This document shows, piece by piece, positions 1 to 11,747 of a stretch of DNA of 64,000 nucleotides (within the stretch, counting starts at the first letter, position 1; each line of letters opens with the position of its first letter). The notes under the pieces are model-generated. The model saw nothing but the letters and a program-made list of their open reading frames with translations, had not been told where the DNA came from and did not search any database. This DNA is from Eukaryota sp. GEM-RC1 (Eukaryota), in the NCBI GenBank assembly GCA_040285855.1, contig JAUFOQ010000002.1:1054001-1118000 (forward strand), read 5' to 3'. The position numbers and the translations under genes were made by a program.

Positions 1-509
1 GTGTGACAGAAACTCAAATGGTTTCCCAATCCAAAACAATGAGATTCTCACAAACCAGAAAGCATTCTCAATTGCAAGTCAGTGAGGACAAGAAGAGAGT
101 TGGTTTTGGAAGTGGTTCCAGAGTGATAAGAAATATAATGGGAGAAGATCCACTTCTTCCTGAGAATGTCTACACGTGGAAGTTGTGGTACCAGGGGAAT
201 ACTAATCATCTTCTAGTTGGAGTCATTGATGAGTCCAAATTTAGTGTTGAAGGACGGTGTCATGATGATGCTCACTGTTATAGTAGTCATAATCAAGCGT
301 TTGGTTGTCTTTCAGGCAGCAAAACTAAGTGGAATCCTGGTGAATTACTCGAAATCACTGTGGATTTAATTAATTACAAACTAACAATCGAATGTGTTGG
401 TTCATCTTCAATTTACCTTTCTGGAACTCTTCCCAGGTTAAGCAGCGGCAACTATTATCCGTTTGCAAGATTGTATTTTAGCGATCACGTTCTTGATGTC
501 GTGGAATAA
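1..509 (+). CDS. SPRY/B30.2-like domain protein, 5' end outside the window
   Basis: Beta-rich pattern 'VYTWKLWYQG...LLVGVIDE...WNPGELLEITVDL...LSSGNYYPFARL' is typical of SPRY/concanavalin-like folds. The ORF is open at the window edge. Confidence 0.55.
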   Translation, partial: VTETQMVSQSKTMRFSQTRKHSQLQVSEDKKRVGFGSGSRVIRNIMGEDPLLPENVYTWKLWYQGNTNHLLVGVIDESKFSVEGRCHDDAHCYSSHNQAFGCLSGSKTKWNPGELLEITVDLINYKLTIECVGSSSIYLSGTLPRLSSGNYYPFARLYFSDHVLDVVE

Positions 510-586
510 AGTTTGATACTTTGATAACAAGTACTGTACAATGTATAAGGAACTTTTTGAATTGACAATTTCATCACAAATTTTGC

Positions 587-1420
587 TAGAGCTGTAAAAC
601 GGCTCGGCTCAAGCCGTAAGCCGATCACAAGTCATATCCAAATTTGGCTTGACTTACACAAATAACTCAAGCCAAAGCCAAACCTTATGGCTCAAGCCGT
701 GGCTTGAACTTAATTCGAACAATAAAAAAGTAACTGAACAAGTTGACCAAGTTCACAACGAAAGTCATCTCATAAAACGTACATAGAAGTCAAGTATATA
801 CAAACGACACATCCATGATTGTGATCAGTATAATATTCTTAGTTAGATACTTCTCTCACCAAGGAATTTTTACGTTTCCCACCACTTCCCCAGATGGTCA
901 TGTGTGGCAGAAGATCAATTTCAAAGGTACAAGAGTTTTTATCCAAATTATATTAAATCGTGTCTTATGTGGTGCAAACTGCACCACAATGTAGGAATAT
1001 CCTACCTTAGAGATTTCCTGATCATTCCTAAAATTTCAATTCCACGTGATAGGGTTTTCTCCGTTACTGGCCACCAAGTGCAAAAAAAAGATCATCACTT
1101 GACGAAGAATCTCTAACTTCGTTCATGCTTAAAGGATTGGCTCAATTATGGATATGAATTAGTTGATTGTAGTGATGACGAAAATCATATGAAATCTGCT
1201 CATTTTTTAGACGCACAGGACATCAAGGTGTTCATCCTTCTTTGTACTAAAACGACAGTAGTTTGTGATGAGTTTCTTCAATAGAAACAATTACACAATA
1301 TTTACTTATTCAAGCCGAAAAAATCGACTTGGTTCGGTTTCAAGTCGACTTGTTACTTTGGCTTGGCTTACTCAAATGACTCAAGCCACAGCTAAGCCAG
1401 ATTGGAATTTTACAAGCCAT
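587..1420 (+). mobile_element. hAT-type non-autonomous DNA transposon, family A (AAGCC/GGCTT subterminal repeats)
   Basis: Starts TAGAGCTGTAAAAC. Clustered CAAGCC/GGCTT motifs lie at 600-720 and 1310-1420. Internal ORF 904-1116 'CLMWCKLHH...RDFLIIPKISIPRDRVFSVTG' matches the hAT C-terminal dimerisation motif. The right TIR is degenerate and no TSD is visible. Confidence 0.7.
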
Positions 1421-1446
1421 CGAAAAGTCTAAATTTTGTCTTGTTG

Positions 1447-3507
1447 ATGGGGCTACCTTTTCTATATCGTTTTCTACAGAAGTTTGCATCACATCGGGCT
1501 TTTCCACTGAATGAAAGTGACGATTCAACCCACACAAAGATCGCCATAGACTGCCGATACTTTTTACGCGTTTTTATCGGCAAGTTCTTTCCTGATCGAA
1601 CAAAAGGAGTTGACTTGAGTCATGTACTTTACTTGTTCAACCAGTTCTTCTTGGGCTTGAAACGTTCCAACATCTCTTGCGTAGTGTTTGATGGAGTTTC
1701 TCAACGGGATGATACCAATCCCATGAATGACAGAACTCCAAGACCTTTAAAGTTTCTTCGATGGACCCGTAGTTATCCCACGTTCTTTGGTGCCCAGTTT
1801 TTACTACACTGGGCAGCTGTCCAGGCAGGCCACGAGCTGCGTGTTTACTCTGGTCGTTATGATTCCATCATGATTAATTCAGTAGTTGAAGGAGAGTGCT
1901 CCTTCTGTATTTGCCGGCCAGTACTAATCCCTAACTTCTCCTTCGCAGTTCTCCCCAATGAAGTGTGGAACGAAGTCGTCCATCTATTTGTCTCGGGAAG
2001 TTCCTATGAGCCAGTATTTTTCGAGATCTACAACACCAATGAGGCCTTAGATCAAGCTTCCAGAACATTGGAAGAGATTCAAACTATTGATGCGGTTCAG
2101 TGTATCGGAGAAAGTGCCGTTAGAGAAGTATTTGGACGTAAGTGGAACAGTGGTCTTTTAGAACATCTTCTTAAGTGTACCGAGACAGAGTTTTCTCGAT
2201 ATTCCGACAATATCGATAATAATTCAGAGATCAAAGAGTTTGTTACCACATTCAAACAACGATTTGTTACTTCAACTTCTGCTGAATCTTCTTTGAATTC
2301 AAGCCCGGCGTTACTTTACCAGTCCCATCCAAACTTCTCCATTGACAACAGCTTCTATCAGTTGATGTCATTGGTACTGTCTGCAAGGTATTCTTCTCCA
2401 CGTTTGAACTTACAGTCCCGAGTTTGTGTTGATCCTGTTTCAGGACAATCTTTTACTGTGGACTCTTTCCAAAGACCTTTAATTGATGGAATTGCTACTC
2501 TTTATGCCATAGTCACTGAAAAGCCCAATTGTTCTGAGTTTGCATCGATTCAAAGTAATTCTGGTACTGTTTTTGAATTCATTGATTCTTGTGCATCTTC
2601 AGGCCATCAGACTGAAATAACTAATTTACCATTATGTAAAGTTATTGATAGAATTGCTGAACGACAGCCAATTGCTTTTTCCCTTTTAATGTCTCTCAGA
2701 TACATTAGATTACGTCAAGAGTTTTTAAACCTTCAACTTTTTTCTGAATGTGAGCTTTTCCTCCTTCTTATTTCTTCATTTATTTCTCCTCGACAGCTTT
2801 CCAAAGTTGTTTCCTCTGAACTCTCTTTCTTTCAAGTTCAAGTAGCTGGGTCTACACTTCATAGAGTTGTTGAACTTTTGGCTTTGTCGGGGTTTAGTTC
2901 AATTTGGAAGGTATTCACCGTATGGAATTTGAAATTCTTCTCCACTTTATGCTTGAATTTCAATGCCTTTTTGACTTCATCTGATCATCTACAAAATTCT
3001 GTTGGTTTAGATAACTGCATCTCATTTCTTGAGTCGTTACATGTCACCACAAATTCTCCATCATTCATTTTGTTTCGTCAACTGTTTTCTCTTGTAGTTT
3101 TATCTAATACCCTATCAGAATCTGTTGAAACGGTGGAAAATCTTTCTACCTCTAAACGTTTTAAAGGAATTAACTCTCTTTTTAGTGACACTTTTCTGGC
3201 GAAGGGCATTCCTATGAAGTTGTGGGTCAAGAAAAAAAGCAGTACGTATTACTATAGGGAAGAATCATCAGAGAACGAAAGTGATTATGAAAGCGATGAT
3301 AGCTCTAATAACCCTCTTGATGTCATCTACTACTCCTCTTTTGAATCTGATGAAGAAGTAGAAATTCCTGGTGAAGAATTTGCTACGGCTATTACTTTGG
3401 AATTAATGAAGAAAGAGAAGAAGAAGGTTGTCATCCAAAGAGGTATTGAAGAGAGGGTTGGGGACGACGATGTACATATACCACGATCAAAGAAACGGAC
3501 ATTGTAA
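1447..3507 (+). CDS. PIN/XPG-N-like domain protein (Asteroid/FAM120-like), acidic C-terminus
   Basis: The N-terminus 'MGLPFLYRFL...IAIDC...VVFDG' is the PIN/FEN-like signature. The real start is probably the ATG at 1447. The EAD motif is degenerate. Confidence 0.55.
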   Translation: MGLPFLYRFLQKFASHRAFPLNESDDSTHTKIAIDCRYFLRVFIGKFFPDRTKGVDLSHVLYLFNQFFLGLKRSNISCVVFDGVSQRDDTNPMNDRTPRPLKFLRWTRSYPTFFGAQFLLHWAAVQAGHELRVYSGRYDSIMINSVVEGECSFCICRPVLIPNFSFAVLPNEVWNEVVHLFVSGSSYEPVFFEIYNTNEALDQASRTLEEIQTIDAVQCIGESAVREVFGRKWNSGLLEHLLKCTETEFSRYSDNIDNNSEIKEFVTTFKQRFVTSTSAESSLNSSPALLYQSHPNFSIDNSFYQLMSLVLSARYSSPRLNLQSRVCVDPVSGQSFTVDSFQRPLIDGIATLYAIVTEKPNCSEFASIQSNSGTVFEFIDSCASSGHQTEITNLPLCKVIDRIAERQPIAFSLLMSLRYIRLRQEFLNLQLFSECELFLLLISSFISPRQLSKVVSSELSFFQVQVAGSTLHRVVELLALSGFSSIWKVFTVWNLKFFSTLCLNFNAFLTSSDHLQNSVGLDNCISFLESLHVTTNSPSFILFRQLFSLVVLSNTLSESVETVENLSTSKRFKGINSLFSDTFLAKGIPMKLWVKKKSSTYYYREESSENESDYESDDSSNNPLDVIYYSSFESDEEVEIPGEEFATAITLELMKKEKKKVVIQRGIEERVGDDDVHIPRSKKRTL

Positions 3508-4309
3508 ATAAGATATTTTTAATAAACTTTTACTTGAAGATATATTTGCAACAATAAATTAGTACATACTACATGTAATTCAGAAAATGAAAGAAGTTAA
3601 ATTCTCCACATCAACACGAGAATTGTCCCTATACAACTTCGAATAAATGGAACATAAATACTTGGGAATGCTTCTATAAAGAGCGAACATAATTCGATTA
3701 ATCCATACAGCGCTATTAAACACCTTGCCATTAGAACGACATAAAAGACTAAATTCACTGAAAAACTTTAAACCGGCTGGACCAATATTACCAAAAATTG
3801 AAATGGCAAATAAACTTTGGATTTTTAATAAACTGATTAATTTAAAAAGTACCCAACAATCAATTTCATAATTCAGTTCGTGCAGCCTACACCGACAGCA
3901 GTAATTAGTCTCACTGAGACTAATTTGGTCGTGAGACTAATTGTGTCTTCAAATATTTCTGGTTGGAGAAGTCCAGAAGTTCATTTTGTTGTAGAGATGT
4001 ATTCATAAGACTCATTTAAGACAAATATTGTTTATCCTCTTACAATCACATCATCTAAACGAGTCCCTGTTCACCAATACAAGTGTCGATGTGTTCTTGG
4101 TCACAGAAACAAAATTTTCAATACTATTCCATCAGGAATAGTATTCCACCACTCTCGGTGCATTTCAGAATCGAACGAGCAATTCCGTTGAAAAATACAA
4201 CGAAGTCTAAGAATGCGTACCGAAAAGGTGTACCATGATAACCCTGAAGATCAATCACGTTTGCAGTCGTTGGACTCAATACAGTTAGTTTAATACTTGC
4301 AATTACAAG

Positions 4310-4396
4310 ACAAAAATACAATTAATACAGTATTCTGTATTGTATTTTTGTATTCTGTATTGTAGTATTTTTTTGTCCGTGTATTTTACAACTACA
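4310..4396. repeat. GTATT/AATAC tandem motif cluster, probable solo transposon end
   Basis: Repeated GTATT(CT/G) ending in GTATTTTACAACTA, similar in style to the hAT subterminal arrays elsewhere in the window. No partner end was found. Confidence 0.35.
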
Positions 4397-4757
4397 ATGT
4401 ATGCTATTTTTTAAATTATAAAAAAAAATCTTTTATCTCTTAAAGACACATAAAATCTAAAGACGAAAATAAAATTAACAATACTGTTCCATGAAATGGT
4501 CTTGAACCCCAAAGAGTTTCTTTAAAATTCCGTCGAAATACTGAAACATTGAAGGAAATACTGAAAAAACGAGACGATCCCTCCAAAAACTAATGCTAAA
4601 CTTATTGCCGAAATCGCAACACAATTTACTAAAAGATGACAAAAACGTTGAAAAAGATGTACCTATTTGGTGATATGTAATGTTGGCAAATGATTGCGTC
4701 ACGTTGCATCACAAGTTTTGATGGTAACGAGCCACACGTGATAGCATTTACGGTTCA

Positions 4758-5633
4758 ATGGATAACCGAGAACAACTTGACCTTCTTGGTAGGTCTCAAC
4801 CCAAGAGAAGGAAATCTCTGTGGTGGTGTATGCTTCTGTTAGTCATTGTCATCTCTGGAGTTGCTACTTTTGTTGTTTTCCGTGTACTGCCTCACTGTAC
4901 CACCGTCACTGAAGCAATTGATCAAATAGTAGCAGAAGGTACCCCCACACTTGAAGCTGTACCAAAATCTGATTTAAGTTCTCGAGTGAAAGTTGTGTCC
5001 AATTATCTCTCAAAAGCCGCAGACGTTGACATCAAGGTCTCGGAAGTTCAAGGATCTTATGTGTATGTAGATGCGGAATATGACATCTGCTTCACACATT
5101 CACGGTGTTGTAAGTGCTTTCGTCTACCAGTCAAATTCAACGAAGACCTGACTCCAGTATCAGCATTTTTTTCCAAATTACATGCTCTGTGTAATTTCAT
5201 TGTTTGTAACTTTACCAATAACGAAGCGGATCATTCTGTTAAACGATGTATGGAAACAAACAATATTGTTCAGCCTACTGGATCTTCTCTCAACACAACT
5301 GTAAGTGATATTCAGATCAATGTACAGTTAAAACAGAACAGTCATTTGTACTCAGATCTTTACAACGCTTCTTCACCTATTCAAGATGCTCAAGACTTCG
5401 TTACAGGCGAGTCACCTTACTTTCCTGGAGGTCTTCCTGATACTCCTGAGGAACGAGTAAAGGTCATGCAGAATGTCATTGACGATCTAGATATTGAATC
5501 TGTATATGGTGTTATTGCAAGAGTTGTTGAAGAGAAGGACGATTTTGTTGCCTATAAGTTATACGTGGTAGAGTTCCACTCCTCCATTCCTCAGTGTTCA
5601 ACTGAGGCAACAATTGTTGCTATAAGGGAGTAG
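4758..5633 (+). CDS. type II single-pass membrane protein, unknown function
   Basis: 291-aa ATG-started ORF with a basic patch, one TM helix near the N-terminus and a Cys-containing lumenal domain. Confidence 0.7.
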   Translation: MDNREQLDLLGRSQPKRRKSLWWCMLLLVIVISGVATFVVFRVLPHCTTVTEAIDQIVAEGTPTLEAVPKSDLSSRVKVVSNYLSKAADVDIKVSEVQGSYVYVDAEYDICFTHSRCCKCFRLPVKFNEDLTPVSAFFSKLHALCNFIVCNFTNNEADHSVKRCMETNNIVQPTGSSLNTTVSDIQINVQLKQNSHLYSDLYNASSPIQDAQDFVTGESPYFPGGLPDTPEERVKVMQNVIDDLDIESVYGVIARVVEEKDDFVAYKLYVVEFHSSIPQCSTEATIVAIRE

Positions 5634-6887
5634 ATGTACATCAAACTTTATTTTGACATAACGATCTTTATTTTGATAGTTGATCTTAGGAATTCTATGC
5701 AACCTAATTCTGTTTTCAGTTTCTAACGGACTAAATTCGATTAGTGTTATTTAATTGAAGCAACATCTATCATACTCCTTTTTGATCCTTTTCTTCAGTG
5801 CTAGAAGTAGTAGAATGACCTCAGTCATAGTCATTGGAGAAAGTCGTATAAAGAAGTTCTAGGCCGAAATCTGTTTGCTATTTGATGACTATAATTCATT
5901 CTCAGATCTCGTTACGTCGTTTAGAGAAGATTATCAAAGTAGAGAAATGAATCTGATGTAGAGAAGTGATCAAAGACGCAAAAGACTGTACAATAAGAAA
6001 ACATACGAGAGTCGAAGACACAAAAGGTGCGTCGACAAGAGCTAGATGATTAAGAAAACGACCAGGATTGTCCATCGAAGTCAATTAAGTCAAAAATCTA
6101 AGATCAGCGATTGCTTGTCTTGTACTCTAACTAACCTAATACTAGCCCCCCATTTCTGGAAGTAGTTGAGTGATTCTAGATTTAAGTGCTGCGATTTATA
6201 CAGTTTTCTTTCTGGTATTGTTCATCACTTTTTCAAGGATGGTTTTGAGCGGGTCTGTAATGAAGGTCAACGAATTGTGTTCCCAAACAAAGTATCATAC
6301 GGTACATTTGACAACGAAGACGAACATAATGACGCATCAGACCAAGTTACATTAAGAAACTAATTATGTACTTGTTAATGTTGTTACTTAACCCAAAAAC
6401 AGTCGTCAAATTTCAGAGAGATAATTCTTGGACTGAGACTGATTTCGCACAATTGATGGAGCGATTAACAGACTTCATTATCCTGAGTTATTCAAAAACA
6501 TACCAATGATCGTCATCATGCATTTCAAAAATAATTTTTGACTCCTCAACTTATGGTAAGGTGAGCAAGCTTTCTCTCTTAATTTTATCATGTGGAACAT
6601 GGATATAGTCTAATTAACAGATCTCAAATTCTAATCAACCACGTCGTTGAAAACGTGATTGATTGTTCTTGATTATTGAACTACACAAGAAGTGTAACTG
6701 ATAACTGTGTAGAACTAAAATCAATGAGATAAAGAAGCATTTCTTTATTTACAGTACTTTCTATCACTGAAATTATAGGTTAGCAGTGGTTTGCGTAATC
6801 ACAAGAAACAATAGCTCACAAGTAGTTGTTGATATGCAAAAATTACTAGCCTTTCCCTAATACAAGCACAGACGGGGTAGGCTAGGA

Positions 6888-7753
6888 CAGGGCCTACGGA
6901 AAAATATTTAAATAAAATATGGCGAACTTTTTCTTGAATAAATAAATATGAGTTATTGCCGATGAAGAAAATAAATAATTGCAATTATTTAAATTATTTA
7001 TTCAATGGAAACAAGGATGATACAACACGTCACAAACGTGATCTAACACGAACACTAGTACCTCTCCAGGTTTTGTGTGTTCTTATAACTTCCCAGATAG
7101 GTTTCAGTGTTAAGAAGGAATGATTTTAATGTAGACACAGTGTTCTATTCAACGAGAATGTGGTCAAACCAAAGCGATGTTTTCCAACAGTTACCGAACA
7201 ACAGCAAACACATTTTGACATATTTGGAAAGTTTCAGGGTTGGAAGAATACAATCAATGCCACGGGATTAGCGGTTTTGTGTTACGATGAGTAGAACTTT
7301 TTAAACCAATTTGGTCCGGCTCTGCTTCGATAGAGGAATGAACTTTGTCAAGCCCAGAAAGGAAAAACGCCTTGTATTTGCACAAGATACCATCAATATT
7401 TACAACGGAGCTACCAAGACCACTACATCATCTCATATTCATGCTCAATTCAAAGAGACAGTTTAAAATCGAATCAAAAACAGTTTCGAAAGTATACGCT
7501 TCTCTACTGCAATGAGTTCTGTATCTAGTCTCAGTACAGGATAAAGACCGTACTGAGTTGCAATGTGACGGACTGCAACATGTTGCAGTTTTCACCTTCA
7601 TAGGTTGTTCGGTGAGAGAAAAAAAATATAAAAATAATTTTATATTTTCTGTTTTCACAAAATAAATAATGGAGAAACCCAACTTGAAAAAATATATAAA
7701 ATATCATTATTTATTGTAAATATTTAAATACAAATATTTTTCCGGAGGCCCTG
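6888..7753. mobile_element. hAT-type non-autonomous element, family B (866 bp)
   Basis: TIRs CAGGGCCT(A/C)CGGAAAAATATTT at both ends. Perfect 8-bp TSD GGCTAGGA (6880-6887 and 7754-7761). AAATA-rich subterminal arrays. Confidence 0.9.
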
Positions 7754-8014
7754 GGCTAGGAACGGTTTTGCGCATGCTAGTATTAGGTAAATTAATGGTA
7801 TATATTATTTCCACTAAGTATAACGAACTTTTCTTTTGTAAGTGTTTCAGATTGCCTCATGTTTTTAATGCCTCAGTTCATCGATCCACATGGTGTATCT
7901 GATAGTGTTGAATGATGTTTATCGTAGATGAACATGTTAGAAGGAAATGATAGACCAATGATTCTAGATCAGTACATGCAGTACTACTACATGTAGTAGA
8001 AGATATAATTACTC

Positions 8015-8556
8015 TGCAGGAAACATTTAGTCTTCACTGAGACTAATTCTGTACTAGAGATATTTTTAGCCATACCAAAATAAGTCTCACAAAATCTCAG
8101 TGATACTAATTATGTACTGAGACCATATTTGCTCACGAACATACATATGATCGTCATCATCTAGGCTCCAATCAATCAGTCACTCTCAACTTATGATAGC
8201 ACGCTTTTTTCTTGATCAACAACAGATGGAACATGGATTTGAACTCGTTTATAGGACTTTCGAATTGTGTTGGAAGTCGATGTTACTGACAACGTGTATT
8301 CCTGATCACAAAAAGAATAATATGAGATCTAGATTCAATTGTATACAATTTAAACGAACAGAAATATTTCATTCCAGTTGTTTGTTGTCAGTACTGTATG
8401 TCTATGGATTGTAAACAACAGTTTAATTCAAAAAACGGTTGTTGTATTTGGAAAATGCAGGACAAATATAGTCCCACAAGAGCACTTTTCAAAATGAGCA
8501 AGACAAAATTGGTCTCAATGAGGCTAATTCGGCAGTGAGATTAAATGTTTCCTGCA
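8015..8556. mobile_element. TIR element (MITE-like) with GAGACTAATT subterminal motifs
   Basis: TIR TGCAGGAAACATTTA(G/A)TCT(T)CACTG at both ends. Related partial copies occur at about 6400-6760 and 3900-3950. No clear TSD. Confidence 0.7.
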
Positions 8557-8582
8557 TCATTTTCTCGCCTCACTATCATTTG

Positions 8583-8960
8583 ATGTCAGACCAAGACCTT
8601 TCTATTCAGCTTCCTTCTTCAAATGAACATCTAGCAGCAACATCTTCTCTTAATGAAAATACTTCACAATCTTCCTCTCAATCTTCTTCTCAAAACCAAT
8701 CCTATACTATAAAGGACTGGGTTTGGTGGTCAGCATCCTCTGTCTTTCATGGTATTGCTATTCCCAGCGACTAATTGTAGCAGGACAATGGGCAGGAGAA
8801 AAACTCGCTAACTTCATTGGTTTCCAATGGACTCAAGTACCAAGATCATATAGATGAGTATGAAGAGTATCTTTATGAACAGGAATTGAAACGCAATGAG
8901 TTTGAGCAACATCAAGACTCTCAAATGGACGACCTCGAGTCTAACCCTATCCCGAATTGA
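8583..8960 (+). CDS. FAM177-like protein (two frameshifts; error or pseudogene)
   Basis: Joined frames give 'AGQWAGEKLANFIGF..KYQDHIDEYEEYLYEQE', resembling the FAM177 motif 'GEKIASVLGI..PKYQYAIDEY'. Frame breaks lie at about 8765 and 8826. Confidence 0.55.
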
Positions 8961-9169
8961 CTTAGTTAACAGACACTTTACTTTGTGATTCATTGGTGAA
9001 GTTCTCTCTTGCTGGAATCAGTGATATTTATATTCCTGTTTTCAAGATTTTGTTGTACATTGTTTATTAATCTTGTTTAGTTTTTTTCACATGAATTCTC
9101 ATTGCGATGATATTAAACCATTTTGAACTATATTTTACAAAGTAGCGACTTTCTAGTGAGGTCAAATAA

Positions 9170-10352
9170 CTATAGTAGTTCCAGATCGTTATTCTTAACA
9201 AATTTGAAATAGAAATAACTTATCTGCAGCCCACAGATAGATATGAACAACAAATCAAGATACAAAAACAAGTTGAACTTTTCAATAAGAATTCTCGAAA
9301 TTACAAATCCACAACTAGAAAGTAATAAAATGAAGAAAAAATCCCGTCAGTTCAACTAGACAAACCTCCTTGAAATTAAACGAAGCTTTAAATGCCGTGA
9401 ATTTCCGATGTAACTTAAAAACTACAATGAACAACAACATCCAACCTTGTAAAAGAACCATGAAGATCCAGAAGTCACTTTGACGGAAATAAAACAACTT
9501 GAGGTACATTAATAAAACAGAAAATATTCCAACAAGTACGCCAAAACATAGTGAGACTCCCATCATCAATAAACCTCTAATAACTTGACTAACAAATGAG
9601 AACTGATTCATATAAGATAAGGTCCCAATTCCAAAGAAGAGACGACCGATTAGTAGGGAAGAAAGTAGAAAGAGAAGAACGGAGAAAAAGCGTTGTTCTG
9701 TGGAGAAGACAAGTGGAGGTATGAGAAAGCAGCCGGTAAAGGTTATGACACCAGATAAAAGAGAGATGAGAAGTTTCAAGGGAACTGAGAGATCTTTGAC
9801 TCGTCCTCGATCGAAAAACACCATGAAGGAAGCAATTGTGAGGAAAGAGACAATGAGAGACACATGACCAAGGAGAAGATTGTATGAAGGTAGTAGGAGA
9901 GCAAAAATTAAGGATGAAATGGAGAAACTTATACATGAAGGGATGAGTACCACTAGAAATTCATAAATGAAAGCCCATGGAGTTCTCTGTGAAAAGTGTT
10001 TTAAAGACCAGTATAAACGGAAAGATATCGAGAGAAATATGTGTAGAGTGAAAGAGGTGATGACTGTGTGTGGAATAAAGTTGGGTGATAGAAGCAGAAC
10101 AAGTAAGAGAGATACAAAGAAAGACAAAAAGATAACAACAAGTGGGTGTTGGTACCATACAGTTTTGGTAGCAGGATGTGTGCTGTAGTTTACCATTGAC
10201 TTATGAAGATGAGATGGAGAAGGTTCAAGCATTGAGATGGACAGAGGACGGATTGGCGATAGAGGTGTGCTTTCACTTGACTCTGAACGGTCTTCTGATG
10301 AACTATTCTCATCAGCTGAACGTACATTAATTGTTGGTGTTGTAGCAGACAT
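9170..10352 (-). CDS. multi-pass membrane protein with Ser-rich N-terminus
   Basis: About 9-10 hydrophobic helices. A frameshift in the T-run at about 9340 extends the frame to the TAG at 9170. Confidence 0.7.
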
Positions 10353-10601
10353 CAACAATTAGCTTACGATATCAAAGTAACAGATAAACGTTTGGACCCG
10401 CAGAAAGAAGAAAACGTGTCAAACTTTTTTGAAACGTTTCCAACTAACAGATTTCTACAGTTCACTATTTGATACGATTTAAACAACGATTTTCAACAGT
10501 CAAATCAAACAGTGGTTGGTCCCATGATGAAAAACTAATATAACAAGTAATCACTCTTGTAGGGTACAGAAATCGAAATCAAACTCGCCTATTCGTTCAA
10601 C

Positions 10602-11475
10602 CAGTGGTGGGAAAACAATATTGCAATAAATATAAATATTGTTTAGCCACAAAATAAATATTGCAATTTTGAAATAGTGCCAATAAATATTGCAATTATT
10701 GGACCAATATTGCAATATTGCAATAATGCAACAATATGAATCATATTATGTATTTATTACAAAAAACTCACATACATGTATTCCATTGTTCCTCATCATC
10801 AGAAATATCCGAAATAATCTCAATACCATTATCTACATCTTCGAATTTGTATTTTGTACTGCTCATGATATGTCTTAAAGTAGCTTCATCCCAAAAGTCA
10901 CTGTTCTCCTTCATCATTATTTGCATTTCAAGACTAGAAGGCTTAAGAGAAAATCTGTGGCAATTGATCACTCTCTTTAATTTACTGAACAGTCGTTCAC
11001 ATATGTTAGAGGTAGAAGGAATAAAGTTTAAATCAATGTACTGAGACTCTTTTTTTCCTTTGCTCTGAATGAGTATTTCTTGGTTGAGGATCTAACTTCG
11101 TATAATAGAATAGTGCTGTTTCTTTGGGCTTCGTCATTAGAAGTAATTATGACAATGTAGGATCAGAAGTGTGAGGGAAAGAATTTACATTGTACTTCTA
11201 GTTAACAGTCGAACTGAGCTCAAATGACAGACATTATGACAATACACCAACTAGAAATCATCAACGATAAAGCAACTCTCACTATATTTAAACACATAAG
11301 ACAACAAAAATGGTTTTGGAAGTCCAAATAGTGATGCAAAACAACGAAATGAACAACTCGAAGTAAATTGACCAATATTGCAATAATTGCAATAATTAAC
11401 CGGTGTAACAATAAATATTGCTCCACCTCAAAGAGCGGCAATAAATATGGGAGCAATATTGTTTTCCCACCCCTG
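10602..11475 (-). mobile_element. hAT-type non-autonomous element, family C (874 bp)
   Basis: 23-bp TIRs CAG(T/G)GGTGGGAAAACAATATTGC. Perfect 8-bp TSD CGTTCAAC (10594-10601 and 11476-11483). ATTGCAATA arrays. The minus strand encodes the hAT dimerisation motif 'FIPSTSNICERLFSKLKRVINCHRFSLKPSSLEMQIMMKEN'. Confidence 0.93.
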
Positions 11476-11747
11476 CGTTCAACACATTTGTCCAATCTTT
11501 ATAGAACTTTTGAAATCATAGTTTTCAAAGATTTTTACATACTAGTATATGCTGTATTCATCACATCGTTATTGTGTAATGTGATTTACAACATTCTAAA
11601 CAGCTAATGGTAATTACTTGTGAATTGATATTAATCTAAGTGAAAAGTAAAAAGGAAACAGTGGCTTTAAAATACTTTGAACCGAAATAAGAATTTACTA
11701 ACAACTACATGTAACATACAAAAACAAAATAATAAATTTCAAAAAAC

